NCBI GenBank assembly: GCA_038824665.1
Contig: JAWBBK010000005.1
Location: 32,001-96,000, forward strand
Source of the DNA: Acidilobaceae archaeon
GTDB lineage: Archaea > Thermoproteota > Thermoprotei_A > Sulfolobales > Acidilobaceae
Length of the DNA: 64,000 bases
Direction of reading: 5' to 3'
A model generated the notes under the pieces. It did not search any database. It worked only from the letters and a program-made list of their open reading frames with translations, and was not told the origin of the DNA. Shown in pieces: positions 30,952-42,681 of this stretch. The first letter of the stretch is position 1, and every line of letters begins with the position of its first letter. The translations under genes were made by a program, and so were the position numbers.

Positions 30952-31407
30952 TCAAACGTGGTCTAATGTTCTGTAGAGTCGAGAAGACAACTTGTACCTC
31001 TTTAAGACTTTGTTAAGTTTAAGATATTCTATCACTCTCTCAACTACCCAGTGGTATCGGTAATCGCCTAAAGAAGGTCTGACTTTGAGCTTCCTGATCA
31101 CGGCTTTATACAATAAGGTTCCTCTTTCATCATAAACGTTTATATAGCCTTTAACTCTGCCATATAAGTTCCTGACTAATCTAAGCTGAACTGCATAACT
31201 TTCTGGAGAAACCTCTACGCTGATCACACAAGCTCTACCTTTTGAATAAACAGGTTTTACGAGTTCTGTCTCGATACAGAAAGATTCATCAAATGCCTTT
31301 ACAGAGTCTTTAGATACCACGAATGCCATTTTCTTTTCTATGTGCTTTCCTGTTCGGCTCCTAGAACTCTCGACGATAAGCTTAACTGACATCTCTCGCT
31401 CTCTCAA
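30952..31407 (-). CDS. Hypothetical basic protein
   Basis: Long ORF in tandem with its neighbour; SRSRTGKH motif; function unknown. Confidence 0.65.
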   Translation of the reverse strand: MREREMSVKLIVESSRSRTGKHIEKKMAFVVSKDSVKAFDESFCIETELVKPVYSKGRACVISVEVSPESYAVQLRLVRNLYGRVKGYINVYDERGTLLYKAVIRKLKVRPSLGDYRYHWVVERVIEYLKLNKVLKRYKLSSRLYRTLDHV

Positions 31408-31412
31408 AAACT

Positions 31413-32018
31413 TTATATGCTCTCATACTTCTTGAGAACGGCTAACAGGCCCTCTATACTATTAGTCTTACCGGACCTCCATATCTCGTACTTGATCACT
31501 CCCTCAGAGAGTTCTACTCTAACTTTAACAAGAGGTCTCTCAATTAAGACATATCTGGTTCCGTGTTCGTCCGTTAATATCTCTGCTTGTATACCTTCTA
31601 GCTTAAGCTTTCTCACCAACATGTCTAAAGTTATCTGATGTTCTTGTGTTTGAAAAGATTGTTTCTCGAGTTTTGTGATGTTCTTTAAAGCCTCTTCAGC
31701 TTTAATAGCTACTTCTGGACATGATTTCTCATAATCTTCTTTTAGCCTCTTTAAAGCCTCCTTCAGAACCCAAAGAGCATCTGTACTATTAGCGTAGCTC
31801 ACTATATTTCTCCACTCCTCGCTCTCAAAGAATTTGATAAGCCCTCTAGGGTCTCCTCCATAGATAGAAAATTTGAATCTATCCTCAGCTCTAGCCATTC
31901 TTTTCTTCAACTCTTCAATAACAACAAGAGGAAGAGACCTACCTGACGACTCTTCTAGAAGTACCGTATTAAATATGTTTCTGAGGAAGTCTAACCGAGG
32001 TCTGCACTCACTCAACAC
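31413..32018 (-). CDS. Hypothetical protein
   Basis: 201-aa ORF with genome-typical composition. Confidence 0.65.
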   Translation of the reverse strand: MLSECRPRLDFLRNIFNTVLLEESSGRSLPLVVIEELKKRMARAEDRFKFSIYGGDPRGLIKFFESEEWRNIVSYANSTDALWVLKEALKRLKEDYEKSCPEVAIKAEEALKNITKLEKQSFQTQEHQITLDMLVRKLKLEGIQAEILTDEHGTRYVLIERPLVKVRVELSEGVIKYEIWRSGKTNSIEGLLAVLKKYESI

Positions 32019-32129
32019 AATGACCCTATCACCACAGCCTCTTTCTAGACTTTAATATTATTCTTGGCTTGTTGCTCTTCAGCTCTGAACACCTGACTGT
32101 TTAAATTTGGCTCTTTCTGAGAGTTCAGC

Positions 32130-32858
32130 TCAAGCCGTACAACATCCGTGGTCTGACATCCATCTGGTATAGAGAGCCTCAGGATGAACTTTAGATAAAA
32201 CCTCGAGTAGGTCACCACATGCGACTACAACTCTATTAAGTAAAACTACGAGCTTCGTGTGTCTCGCTAAGGGGTTTGGGTCATGACTTGTCACCAGCAG
32301 GAGTCTGTTCTTCGATTCTTCTCCTAAGAGTTCAGCGATCTGTATCTTTCCCTGAGGATCTATAGAAGCCAAAGGCTCATCTAAGAGGACTATAGGAGCT
32401 TCTGAAGCTAGAACAGCCGCTAGCAGAACTCTTTGAAACCTGCCTCCGCTAAGGTCTGAGAGGCGCATATTCCAAACGGTTCTCGGTAGTCCCACCTTCT
32501 CTAAGTACTCTCTCACATTCTCGCTTTTAGAACCTCTAGTTAGAGCTTCAACGAACTCAGTTACAGTAAGAGGTGTTAAGTTAGGAGGTCTGTTGGTTTG
32601 TGGCATATAGGTAATTAGAAAAGAACTTTTCATCTCTCCTTTCGTTACATCAAGTCCACATACAAGCACTCTGCCGCTAACGGGTTTTATAATACCCGCT
32701 AGTGTTTTAAGCAATGTAGTCTTACCCGCTCCATTAGGTCCGAGAATCTGTATGAGCCCAGGTCCTTTCATTTGAAGAGTGACTTCTCTCAAAGCCTCTA
32801 AGCTGTCGTATCTTACCGTTAGCCTCTCTACCTTTATCTCTAGCTCTTTACATATCAT
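32130..32858 (-). CDS. Metal (Zn/Mn) ABC transporter ATP-binding protein
   Basis: GPNGAGKTT, LSGG.FQR, LDEP, SHD; C-terminal DHGCC. Confidence 0.88.
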   Translation of the reverse strand: MICKELEIKVERLTVRYDSLEALREVTLQMKGPGLIQILGPNGAGKTTLLKTLAGIIKPVSGRVLVCGLDVTKGEMKSSFLITYMPQTNRPPNLTPLTVTEFVEALTRGSKSENVREYLEKVGLPRTVWNMRLSDLSGGRFQRVLLAAVLASEAPIVLLDEPLASIDPQGKIQIAELLGEESKNRLLLVTSHDPNPLARHTKLVVLLNRVVVACGDLLEVLSKVHPEALYTRWMSDHGCCTA

Positions 32859-32940
32859 ATGTACATCATCTCTTTCTAAGCGTCCACTGTATCGCTTTAT
32901 CTCGTCTTAGCTATTTCTTCTTTTTATATCCATAGTTAGC

Positions 32941-33834
32941 TTAACTTTCTTCTATCAATCTTTCAGCAGCTTTAGCGGTCTCTCTAATTGTTTCTAAAGC
33001 GCTTGTAGAGAGCGCGCAGAGTCTTACTTTAAGCACAGGCCTTCCTAGTCTTTCTGCTTCTCTGAGAAGCCATTCATCAAGGTCTGTAAGCGGCTCTCCG
33101 CTAGCTCCTATCCCCACTACGGCGATCACAGAGTCCTCTTGAGAAAGCAAGACTGAGGCCTGACGAAGAGCTCTGGGAAGAGGAGCACTTCCCGGTTCTT
33201 CGGCCAAGTAATGGATTACGCGCAAACCTAGCCATTCTATTTGAGCTTGAATTCCTGCATAGACTATCACAGCCTTTCGTCCTTCTAACGTTACCTTTCT
33301 CTCAACGATCGAGTCTATGTCTCTCATTAAAGCTCTCAGTCTCTCCTGAACTTCTTCACCTCCTGCTCCTATTCTAATGAGTTCTTTAGCCACTACCTCA
33401 AGTATCACTTTGAGGTTGTAAGGATCGCAGTAGAGTTCGTGATAATTGATCCTACCGTCTGGAAGCACAGGTCTAGATACATTTTCAAGATTGACTATGT
33501 TTATCACTACGCCTTTGATCTCACCTGTCTTCTTTAACTTCTCAACTTCATGATCGACGTGTGTGTGACCCATCGTCACAATCAGTAAGGCTCTTGAAAG
33601 AGTTCTCACTCCTTCTGGAGTCAGCGAGACATCATGAGGATCAGCTCCTATAGTTACGACAACTGAGACCCTTCCCTTTCCTACTAGTCTCTCTAGCTCA
33701 TCCAGCATTCCCGCAAATGTAACCGCTATTACGTACTCTTCATCGCTTGGCGCAACGAAAAGTCTAGAAATGCCAAAAGCCAATATTGCAAGGAGAGCGA
33801 ACAAGATCAGCAAAGCGAGCTTAGCTTTATGCAC
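32941..33834 (-). CDS. Metal ABC substrate-binding protein (ZnuA/TroA-like)
   Basis: N-terminal TM, GADPHD, NYHE...DP motifs. Confidence 0.8.
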   Translation of the reverse strand: MHKAKLALLILFALLAILAFGISRLFVAPSDEEYVIAVTFAGMLDELERLVGKGRVSVVVTIGADPHDVSLTPEGVRTLSRALLIVTMGHTHVDHEVEKLKKTGEIKGVVINIVNLENVSRPVLPDGRINYHELYCDPYNLKVILEVVAKELIRIGAGGEEVQERLRALMRDIDSIVERKVTLEGRKAVIVYAGIQAQIEWLGLRVIHYLAEEPGSAPLPRALRQASVLLSQEDSVIAVVGIGASGEPLTDLDEWLLREAERLGRPVLKVRLCALSTSALETIRETAKAAERLIEES

Positions 33835-34033
33835 AGTTCACGTCACCTTAATCTATAGACTGTGCACAGAGTACTAAAGTCTGCCGGTAGAGTCTCTTAG
33901 GGCTTAAAGCGCCCTCGAAAACGGTTTCCTAACTCTTTGCACAAACTAATACCTAACTTCGCACAATAAAGTCCCCATTCTTTTTAAACCTTAGTCCGTT
34001 AGTGCTACTTAGCGAGGTTTTCAGGTGGTATAA

Positions 34034-34810
34034 GTGGTCATTGAGGAAGACGTCATAACGAAAACCATTGTCAAATACTCTTCTTTAGAGCTAGAAGAGC
34101 TGAGTAATGTAGACGTAGCCGTTGTGGGAGCTGGACCTTCAGGTCTAACCGTCGCCTACTATTTATCGAAAGCTGGCTTTAAAGTAGCTGTTTTCGAAAA
34201 GAGGTTCAGCTTCGGTGGTGGAACCGGTCCTGGAGGAAACATGTTACCCATTGTGGTGTTTCAAGAAGAAGCTATTCCGATACTTGAAGAGTTCGGTATA
34301 AGATATGAGAGAGTAGAGACAGGACTGTATATAGCTAGACCTTCTGAAGTAGTAGCGAAACTCGCCTTTAAAGCTGTAGAAGCTGGAGCTAGAGTTCTTC
34401 TTGGAGCTACTGTAAACGACCTGATCTACAGAGATAATCCTTTGAGAATAGCTGGAGTGGTTTGGGTCTGGACTCCCATAGAAGAAGGAGGGTATCATGT
34501 AGACCCTCTGTTCACTAAAGCAAAGGCAGTGGTTGACGCTACAGGACATGGAGCTGAGATAGTCTCGATCGCAACCAGAAAGATACCGGAGCTAGGCCTA
34601 TCCGTTAAGGGAGAGAAAGCAGCATATGCTGAAAGGTCAGAAAAGTTAGTGGTAGAGCGTGCAGGTCGTGTAGCTCCTGGACTGTATGTGACCGGTATGG
34701 CTGTAGCCGCAGTTTACGGGCTTCCTAGGATGGGACCTATATTTGGAGGGATGCTGTTAAGCGGGAGAAAAGTAGCGCACTTACTAATCAATGAGCTAAA
34801 AAGCTCATGA
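34034..34810 (+). CDS. thi4: Sulfide-dependent thiazole synthase (His-type Thi4)
   Basis: GAGPSG, HVDP (His rather than Cys), DATGH, PRMGPIFGGM. Confidence 0.95.
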   Translation: MVIEEDVITKTIVKYSSLELEELSNVDVAVVGAGPSGLTVAYYLSKAGFKVAVFEKRFSFGGGTGPGGNMLPIVVFQEEAIPILEEFGIRYERVETGLYIARPSEVVAKLAFKAVEAGARVLLGATVNDLIYRDNPLRIAGVVWVWTPIEEGGYHVDPLFTKAKAVVDATGHGAEIVSIATRKIPELGLSVKGEKAAYAERSEKLVVERAGRVAPGLYVTGMAVAAVYGLPRMGPIFGGMLLSGRKVAHLLINELKSS

Positions 34811-34844
34811 TATATCGCAAATCTAGAAAACCGCGATTTATATC

Positions 34845-35783
34845 TTGAAGCGCTGTTTTAGCCTAGTAGAGCTGAGAAGCGATGAGGAAAAAGAGATGAC
34901 GTTGAAAGAATTCCTTTTCAAATATTTGCTCTTGGTCATATTGGTTGCAATTAGCGTCGTGTTAGCTCTAGCTTCTCATCTCGAACATCCTTATATCCCA
35001 AGAGCCTCTGTGTTTGCTTTAATTGGAGCCGCTCTAGGCTTCGGAGCTGTAAGCGGACTTGTAGCTCTTCAGAAGAGCTACTTCATAGCTCACTCTATGC
35101 CTCACGTAGTGCTCTTTATCGCGCCTCTCGCCCTCCTGATCGAGAGCTATCTCGGAGGGAGCAGTTGGCTTTATGCTACAGTGCTCACGTTATTTGTGAG
35201 TTTGTTAGCTGGACGGCTGAGAGAAAGATTTGAAAGCGAGATTGTAGCTTCTATAATTATTGCCGCTACCGCCTCTTTGTCAACTATCACTATATACTAC
35301 GCTACTGCTGTAATTAGTGGAGTGAACGTTTATGCGTTTGTAGTAGGAGATCCGTTCTTGGTCACCTCTGAAGAGGCTCTCATCGCTTTATTCGCTGGGC
35401 TCCTGACTTCAGCTATATCTTTAAGCATAGCTAGAGAAATAGGGATAATCGGTATCGACAGGTCATTAGCGTCTAGCGTAGGTATCAACGTAAAGCTCTT
35501 TGAAACTGTGGCTCTAGCGTTGATTGCTCTGGTTTCAGCCACCATGGTGAAGATAACGGGCTTCCTCATAGTAACGGTCTCTCTCTTAATTCCAGGAGCT
35601 CTTTCAGCCCAAATAGCTCGTGGAGCCAAACACCACATTCTAGTCTCGATCGTAATTGCCTTAGCCTCGTTTACTGCAGGATTGTATTTATCGCTTTACC
35701 TTAACATTCCTGTATCTGGAGGTGTGGGGATGACTATGCTCTTCGCTTTCGTTCTGACTATGGTGGTTCTTCGTGCCAGATAA
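34845..35783 (+). CDS. Metal ABC transporter permease (ZnuB-like)
   Basis: AHSMPH, VGD, D..LA...GI, LLIPG; many TM segments. Confidence 0.85.
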   Translation: MKRCFSLVELRSDEEKEMTLKEFLFKYLLLVILVAISVVLALASHLEHPYIPRASVFALIGAALGFGAVSGLVALQKSYFIAHSMPHVVLFIAPLALLIESYLGGSSWLYATVLTLFVSLLAGRLRERFESEIVASIIIAATASLSTITIYYATAVISGVNVYAFVVGDPFLVTSEEALIALFAGLLTSAISLSIAREIGIIGIDRSLASSVGINVKLFETVALALIALVSATMVKITGFLIVTVSLLIPGALSAQIARGAKHHILVSIVIALASFTAGLYLSLYLNIPVSGGVGMTMLFAFVLTMVVLRAR

Positions 35784-36162
35784 GAAAAGATTCGGAATAA
35801 GCATAGAAGCAAAACTGGCTGAAAGACTTGACAAACTTTGTTCAAGGCTCGGTTTAAATAGAAGCAAAGTTGTAGAGCAAGCCGTTGCTAGGTTTTTAAA
35901 CAACGTAGAGCACTATCTAGAAAGCCATTATTGTATTTCACTATTCGTCGTATCTTGTTCGGAAGAAGCTACAGGACTTAGAGAACTCGTGGAAAAACAT
36001 TCGGAAAAAGTGATCCTCGATGTACATAATCACAGTGAGGGCTATTGTAGAGTCGTTTTCGTGATAGAGAGCGATTCGGAAAAGATTTTGGAGATCTACA
36101 AACACGTGACTAATCTAAAGAGATGTAGAGCTTCACTCATCTCGCTACACGATGAAATCTAA
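35773..36162 (+). CDS. NikR-like RHH + ACT metal-responsive regulator
   Basis: KRFGISI..., NRSKVV..AV RHH; HNH...C metal site. Confidence 0.85.
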   Translation: MPDKKRFGISIEAKLAERLDKLCSRLGLNRSKVVEQAVARFLNNVEHYLESHYCISLFVVSCSEEATGLRELVEKHSEKVILDVHNHSEGYCRVVFVIESDSEKILEIYKHVTNLKRCRASLISLHDEI

Positions 36163-36734
36163 GCTCTGCTCAACACAAAAAAGCATGCTGTGAGAACGGC
36201 TATGAGATAGAGTTCTAAGAGAGCTATTGATGGCCAGGGAGCTAAAAGTCCGATCACAGCTACTACAGTTAATAATATAGGAACGACTGCTGAAGTCTTT
36301 TCTTTTTTCTCTAGCAACAGCCTGAAACTAGAAACGAGAACAGTAACGTAAGCCATTGCGAAAAACGAAACTGCAAAAAACAGATGAAGACTTCTTCCTT
36401 CAGGGAAGAGACCAACGCCTGCCAATAGCGCAGACGTTAATAACATAGAAGCAGCTGGAACGCTTCCGAACCTCTCATAAAGATAGAAGCTGAAGAACGA
36501 CAAAAGAACAGCTGAGGTTATGAGACCCAAATTGAAGATCTCTGGACTTTTGGCGCGCTCGCTACCTAGGTCACTCAAAGCATGTTCGGTAAGCGAATAC
36601 CAATCCCTATTGACGTAGATAGCTAGAACTAAGTGTACTACAAATACCACTAGAGCTAGAACCCAAGCCCATCTCATTGTCTTTCTGAGCGCTAAGAAAG
36701 CGTTTTTGAAAGCAACTCTTTCATATGATAGCAC
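36159..36734 (-). CDS. DUF998 family membrane protein
   Basis: ALSDLG, FNLGLI, VGLFPE...H. Confidence 0.8.
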   Translation of the reverse strand: MLSYERVAFKNAFLALRKTMRWAWVLALVVFVVHLVLAIYVNRDWYSLTEHALSDLGSERAKSPEIFNLGLITSAVLLSFFSFYLYERFGSVPAASMLLTSALLAGVGLFPEGRSLHLFFAVSFFAMAYVTVLVSSFRLLLEKKEKTSAVVPILLTVVAVIGLLAPWPSIALLELYLIAVLTACFFVLSRA

Positions 36735-36789
36735 GTGCTCACCCTTTCAATCAATTTCTGGAGTTCTATATTATTTAAATCTTCAAAAG

Positions 36790-37200
36790 AATATACAGGA
36801 TTGCCCATAGGACACGTGCGGAGACAGCCTGCATGTACCCACAACCTAAATGTACTCTCGTCATCTAGGCCAAAGTTCCAACGCTTTAGCCATAACCACT
36901 CTTAACGGAGTTGGGAACCCTAGAACTCCAAGACTAGAATCGATCATCATCCTTTTAATACAACGTCTGAGCACGAACTTTAATCCTTTATCGTTAGCTT
37001 CACGTCTCTCTTTTTATCAAATTCGACAAGATCCGAGTCTTGTAGCTTTTTCACTCCAATGCTAACAGCTGAGACAGAAACTCCAAGAGCAAACGCTATA
37101 GAGGTAAGCTTTGTGTACGTACTGCCAGTAGTAACTAAAAATATAGCTTTAAGATATCTTAGCATAGATTCCGTAAGCTTGCCTCTTCTACTTCTGAATG
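36790..37200 (-). pseudogene. Frameshifted DtxR/MntR-family metal-dependent repressor
   Basis: KLTESMLRYLKAIF, HTH, VKLT; then DKGL in a second frame and CPMGNP in a third. Confidence 0.7.
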
Positions 37201-37323
37201 TACAAATCCCTAAGTTTCTCCTTGATCAGAAAGTTTTAAATTTAATTAAGCTTAGTTTTATTGTTTTGATAGAACGTTTTAACATTCAATAAATGTTTAA
37301 GCTCTCTTAGACTCTAATAGATC

Positions 37324-37992
37324 GTGAACGGTGTTAACTCTATGGTCAACGTTATATGGCATGGTCATGCATGCGTAGAGGTCAGATTATCGAGCGGGCT
37401 GTCGATAGTGTTCGACCCTCATGATGGAGCTAGTCTTGGAATTCCTAAGCCCAAAGCCTTAGCCGATATCGTGCTGATAAGCCACGATCACTTTGACCAT
37501 AACGCTACAAGCGCTGTGGCCAAGCCTCAAGCCAAAGTCTTTAAGATGAGCCTAGGGGAGATCGTTCTGGACTCTATTAAGATCGAAGGCTTACCGAGCT
37601 ATCACGATAAGTCTAAAGGAGCACAAAGAGGAACAAACGTTATATACGTACTTGAAGCCGAACAACTAAAGCTGGTACATCTAGGAGACCTAGGCGATGA
37701 GCCTGAACCTCCCGTCTTAACTAAGATCTCAGAAGCGAACTTACTGATCGTCCCAGTAGGCGGGACCTTTACCATAGGTCCCTCAGAAGCCTGGCAACTA
37801 GTTGAAAAGACTAGACCTATTAATGTGATGCCTATCCATTACGCTACGAAAGGACTACGACTGCCCTTGAGACCTGTGGACGACTTTCTTAAGCAGGTGA
37901 AGAAAGGTTATGAAGTAAAGAGATTAGAAGTTAATAGCTTCAATTTAAAAGACTATAAAAACACAGTCATAGTTCCTAAACCGCCAGTCTGA
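37324..37992 (+). CDS. Metallo-beta-lactamase fold hydrolase
   Basis: WHGHA, SHDHFDH, HLGDLG, PVGG, PIHY. Confidence 0.9.
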   Translation: MNGVNSMVNVIWHGHACVEVRLSSGLSIVFDPHDGASLGIPKPKALADIVLISHDHFDHNATSAVAKPQAKVFKMSLGEIVLDSIKIEGLPSYHDKSKGAQRGTNVIYVLEAEQLKLVHLGDLGDEPEPPVLTKISEANLLIVPVGGTFTIGPSEAWQLVEKTRPINVMPIHYATKGLRLPLRPVDDFLKQVKKGYEVKRLEVNSFNLKDYKNTVIVPKPPV

Positions 37993-38073
37993 GAAGATAA
38001 ACATCCAAAAGATAAAGGACGAAAACAGAAGAAGTCCTAGATAGAGCGCTTTGTCCTCTCAAGAACCTATATT

Positions 38074-38841
38074 TTAAAGAACCTCTATAATGTGTGGTAG
38101 CTCCTTCAGAGATTTCACCACAATAACTCCTTTCTCCTTTAGTTCTTTGAGAGATGTCTCCTCAGAACGAGAAACTAAAATAGCTTTCGCTCCTATCCTC
38201 AAAGCTAGTTCTACGTCTGACTCGATTCTGTCGCCGATCACTATAATGTCTTCGAATCGAACCTTGTTGTTCCTCAGAGCGACCTCCGCTATCCAAGGAT
38301 TAGGCTTACCAGCTACGAAATCCGACTTTCTGCCAGCCGCATACTCCAGCGCTGCCACTATCGCTCCAGCCCCTAGCTTCTCTCCCTCTTCTGTAGGCAA
38401 GCGAGGGTCACGACTCGTAGCTACGAAAAGAACTCCTTTCATTATAGCTTTCAAAGCTTTCGAGAGCTTCTCATAAGTTAATTCTCTATCGAGACCTACC
38501 ACTACAGCTTCTGCCTCTTCAGGATCATCAGTTACCTGAAGCCCTGCTAAAGAGAGTTCTTCTATAAGTCCCTTTTCACCTACAACATACACCTTAGCGG
38601 ACTTGAGTCTCTCAGTAAGCCAAAGAGCTGCTGCCCAACCGCTTGTCACTACATCGTTTTCTGTAACCCATAGCCCTAGAGAGCTGAGCCTCTGAGCATA
38701 ATCTCTTCTGCTCAAAGTGGAATTATTGGTTATGAAAACTATGTTCGCTCCCTTTACTGATTTTAAGTATTGTACGTTGTCCCAAAGCACGTTACGCCCG
38801 ATCCAAACAACACCGTCGAGATCAACCATTAGTAACCGCAC
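38074..38841 (-). CDS. HAD-IIA (NagD-like) phosphatase
   Basis: DLDGV, TNNS, GKP, GDR..SD; start placed at GTG overlapping the alaS end. Confidence 0.9.
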   Translation of the reverse strand: MRLLMVDLDGVVWIGRNVLWDNVQYLKSVKGANIVFITNNSTLSRRDYAQRLSSLGLWVTENDVVTSGWAAALWLTERLKSAKVYVVGEKGLIEELSLAGLQVTDDPEEAEAVVVGLDRELTYEKLSKALKAIMKGVLFVATSRDPRLPTEEGEKLGAGAIVAALEYAAGRKSDFVAGKPNPWIAEVALRNNKVRFEDIIVIGDRIESDVELALRIGAKAILVSRSEETSLKELKEKGVIVVKSLKELPHIIEVL

Positions 38842-41587
38842 TAGAGGACACCAGCTTCTTAAGAATTTCAAGAACTTCATGGGGCGATAGAAGACGATGT
38901 AGTCTAACGCTAGCGTAGGTTCTCGAACCTCCTCCCTTACCTCCGATGAGTGAAGCCATTGATGTAGCTATAGTCCCAAGGTCTAACTGAGAGCCGGCTT
39001 TCTTGCCAGCAGCTAGCTCAAGTTGTGACTCTTTTTCGAATTTAAGTAGAGCGGCTACCACCAAGTCCTCGAACTCCTCAGTCAGCTTTTTGAGAACTTC
39101 TTGAATTACCTCACGCTCTTTCTCAACAGGTTCAATAACGAAAACCCTGATCTCGCCCACTGTCTCTGCTCTAGCAACCTCTTTTTTGAGATTCTCTATC
39201 CAGACCTCTCTGTAAGCTCTAAGCTTAGCTTTAGCTTCTCTGAACTCGTCTACGATCTTCTTGACTTTCTCTATCTCTTGGTCTCTCTTCGCTTCAGTTA
39301 TTTTAGCGATCTCATTAATCTTGTTTTCGAGTCTAGATGCTTCTTCAGCTACGCGGGTTCCAGCAACGAACTCAAGCCTTACTACTCCGTCTTGGATCCT
39401 CTCTACATTTATTATCTTAATCGCACCTACGTCTCCTGTGTCAAGTACATGAGTTCCTCCACAAGCCTGAACGTCCCAACCCTCTATTTCGACTATTCTT
39501 ATCTTTTTCGCCATTGGAACTCCTCCCTGGTATATCGAAAAACCGAACTTCTCTTCAGCGTAGTTCTTATCGACAACCTCTATTCTGACCCTCCTGCGCT
39601 CGTCCACGACCTTGTTCGCTAAAGCCTCTATCGCTCTAATCTGGTCTGAAGTAAGGCTTCTATGATGAGTTATATCTAATCTAGCTTTCTCTTCAGTTTT
39701 TTCAGCTCCAGCCTGCCAGACATGAGAGCCAAGTAGTCTTCTTGCTGCTCCTAAAACTATATGTGTTGCTGTATGATGTCTCATTATTCTAAATCTCCTT
39801 TCCCAATCTATTTTACCTCTAACTTTAAAGCTTGGCTTTAAAACAGACTGTGATTCTTCTAGGATATGGACTACAACGTCGTTCACCTTTTCAACTCCAA
39901 CAACCCTATATTTAACCCCTCCGACCTCTATGTAGCCTGTATCGCTATACTGTCCACCACCTTTTGAGTAGAAGAGAGTAGAATCCAAAACGACATAGCG
40001 GTCTTTAGATCCTAATACTACAGCTTCGAACTCTCTAGCGTAAGGATCTTCGTAGTAAAGCAGTCTCGTGTTGGGGAACTGTTTAGCCCACTCAACGACT
40101 TCAGGAGGTAGCGTTACTTTCTCTATCTCTTTAGCTAATCTTGAAGGCGATCTATGCCTTCTGGCTACAATAGAGTAAAAATCGTGAGGCACGCTTACTA
40201 CAGCTCCTTTTGTAGCCGCTATTTCAGCCACTACGTCAGGAGGTACTCCATGACTATCGTAAATCTTTATCAAATCCTCTAAAGTCAGCACTGCTCCCTT
40301 CTTTAATTCTTTCTCTACCAGCTTCACTCCTCTGTGTAGAACTTCTCTAAACCTCTCTTCCTCTAGCATTGCTACGTCCAGAATGTAATCCCTGTTCTCT
40401 TTCAATTGAGGAAAGTCTTGAGCCCAGAAATCTATCTGAAACTCTAGCAAGTCGAGTAAAGACTTAGAGGTCCCTAGCTTCAAGAGCTGACGAATGGTCC
40501 TTCTGGCTACAAGTCTAGCTAGATAGCCTTCTCCAGAGTTGCTCGGAACTATCCCGTCAGCTAACATCATAGCCAAAGTCTTTGAATGGTCGAGAACAGC
40601 ATAAAAGCTAACCTCTCTTTGGAGAACCTTAATAACTTTCTCAAGAGGTTCTCCAGAGAGTCTAGACATGTTTTCATAGAAAGACTTTAAGCTATTGGGG
40701 TCTCCTGGGTCTAAACGACCTACAGACTTAAACGCGGCCCACATGATCTTTTCGTCAGGCTTTTCTACTTCTAGAAAGCTTCTGAGCTTATCGAGAGAGT
40801 CGCCATAGATCGCATGAAAAGCTGTAGGCTTTTTTGAGGTATACCAAGCGATCCTTTCCACTCCATAGCCTGTATCGACGATCTTCAGCGGGATTTCAGA
40901 GTATTTTCCATCTTCAGTTCTGTACATCATAAAAACGAGCGTAGCGAGTTCTATACCGCCTACAGTCACTTCAAAACATGGACCAGCGTTTCCGCCACCT
41001 TCCCACCAGGACTCTTTAAAGGTGATCATGTCTTCAGGTATCCCGATCTCTTTCGTGAAGAATTCATAAGCGTATCTAACGGTCTCGTCCTTCCAGTATA
41101 CATATTTCTCTGGATAGTTGAAGGCATGATGTGCTGCCATCTCGAAGCTAGTCAGATGTCTGCCCAAAGTCAGACCAACGTTATCTATGTCCTCTAGCCT
41201 AATGCTTGGCTGACTGATTACTAACGGATTAGCTGGTGGAGGGACGATCCCGCTTGTAACATGAGGTTGGAACACAGCAATGCTGGCTATAGTCAAATAG
41301 AGGTCTTCTCTCCATCGAGCCACAACCGGACGTGGAGAAATGTATTCGTGACCTCTTTTAGTAAAGAACTCTACGAACTTCCTCCTAGCTTCTCTTACGT
41401 TTAGAGCCTCTTTAGCTGGGATCTCATTAAACCAGTAGTCCACGCATGGAGCGTCTTGAGGTTCCTCGAATTCTGAATTAAGAGTCCAGAAGTACTCATT
41501 ACATCTCTTCCCTCGAACTCTTCTAAACCCTTTCTCTTTAAAGAACGGTAGCTCAAACTCTTTAGGGTCTGCGAAGCTCAAGGGCAT
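38822..41587 (-). CDS. alaS: Alanine--tRNA ligase (archaeal type)
   Basis: LTIASIAVFQP, WWEGGGNAGP, HHTATH editing motif, QACGGTH, GGKGGG. Confidence 0.98.
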   Translation of the reverse strand: MPLSFADPKEFELPFFKEKGFRRVRGKRCNEYFWTLNSEFEEPQDAPCVDYWFNEIPAKEALNVREARRKFVEFFTKRGHEYISPRPVVARWREDLYLTIASIAVFQPHVTSGIVPPPANPLVISQPSIRLEDIDNVGLTLGRHLTSFEMAAHHAFNYPEKYVYWKDETVRYAYEFFTKEIGIPEDMITFKESWWEGGGNAGPCFEVTVGGIELATLVFMMYRTEDGKYSEIPLKIVDTGYGVERIAWYTSKKPTAFHAIYGDSLDKLRSFLEVEKPDEKIMWAAFKSVGRLDPGDPNSLKSFYENMSRLSGEPLEKVIKVLQREVSFYAVLDHSKTLAMMLADGIVPSNSGEGYLARLVARRTIRQLLKLGTSKSLLDLLEFQIDFWAQDFPQLKENRDYILDVAMLEEERFREVLHRGVKLVEKELKKGAVLTLEDLIKIYDSHGVPPDVVAEIAATKGAVVSVPHDFYSIVARRHRSPSRLAKEIEKVTLPPEVVEWAKQFPNTRLLYYEDPYAREFEAVVLGSKDRYVVLDSTLFYSKGGGQYSDTGYIEVGGVKYRVVGVEKVNDVVVHILEESQSVLKPSFKVRGKIDWERRFRIMRHHTATHIVLGAARRLLGSHVWQAGAEKTEEKARLDITHHRSLTSDQIRAIEALANKVVDERRRVRIEVVDKNYAEEKFGFSIYQGGVPMAKKIRIVEIEGWDVQACGGTHVLDTGDVGAIKIINVERIQDGVVRLEFVAGTRVAEEASRLENKINEIAKITEAKRDQEIEKVKKIVDEFREAKAKLRAYREVWIENLKKEVARAETVGEIRVFVIEPVEKEREVIQEVLKKLTEEFEDLVVAALLKFEKESQLELAAGKKAGSQLDLGTIATSMASLIGGKGGGSRTYASVRLHRLLSPHEVLEILKKLVSSSAVTNG

Positions 41588-41637
41588 AGCCCTGCTTCTG
41601 ACATGTACGAAGACTTATAAAGAGAAACAACTAAGCG

Positions 41638-42677
<1,040 letters not shown>

Positions 42678-42681
<4 letters not shown>

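Noticed and set aside
36850-37292. Two plus-strand ORFs (71 and 77 aa)
   Set aside because: Antisense shadows of the DtxR-like pseudogene.
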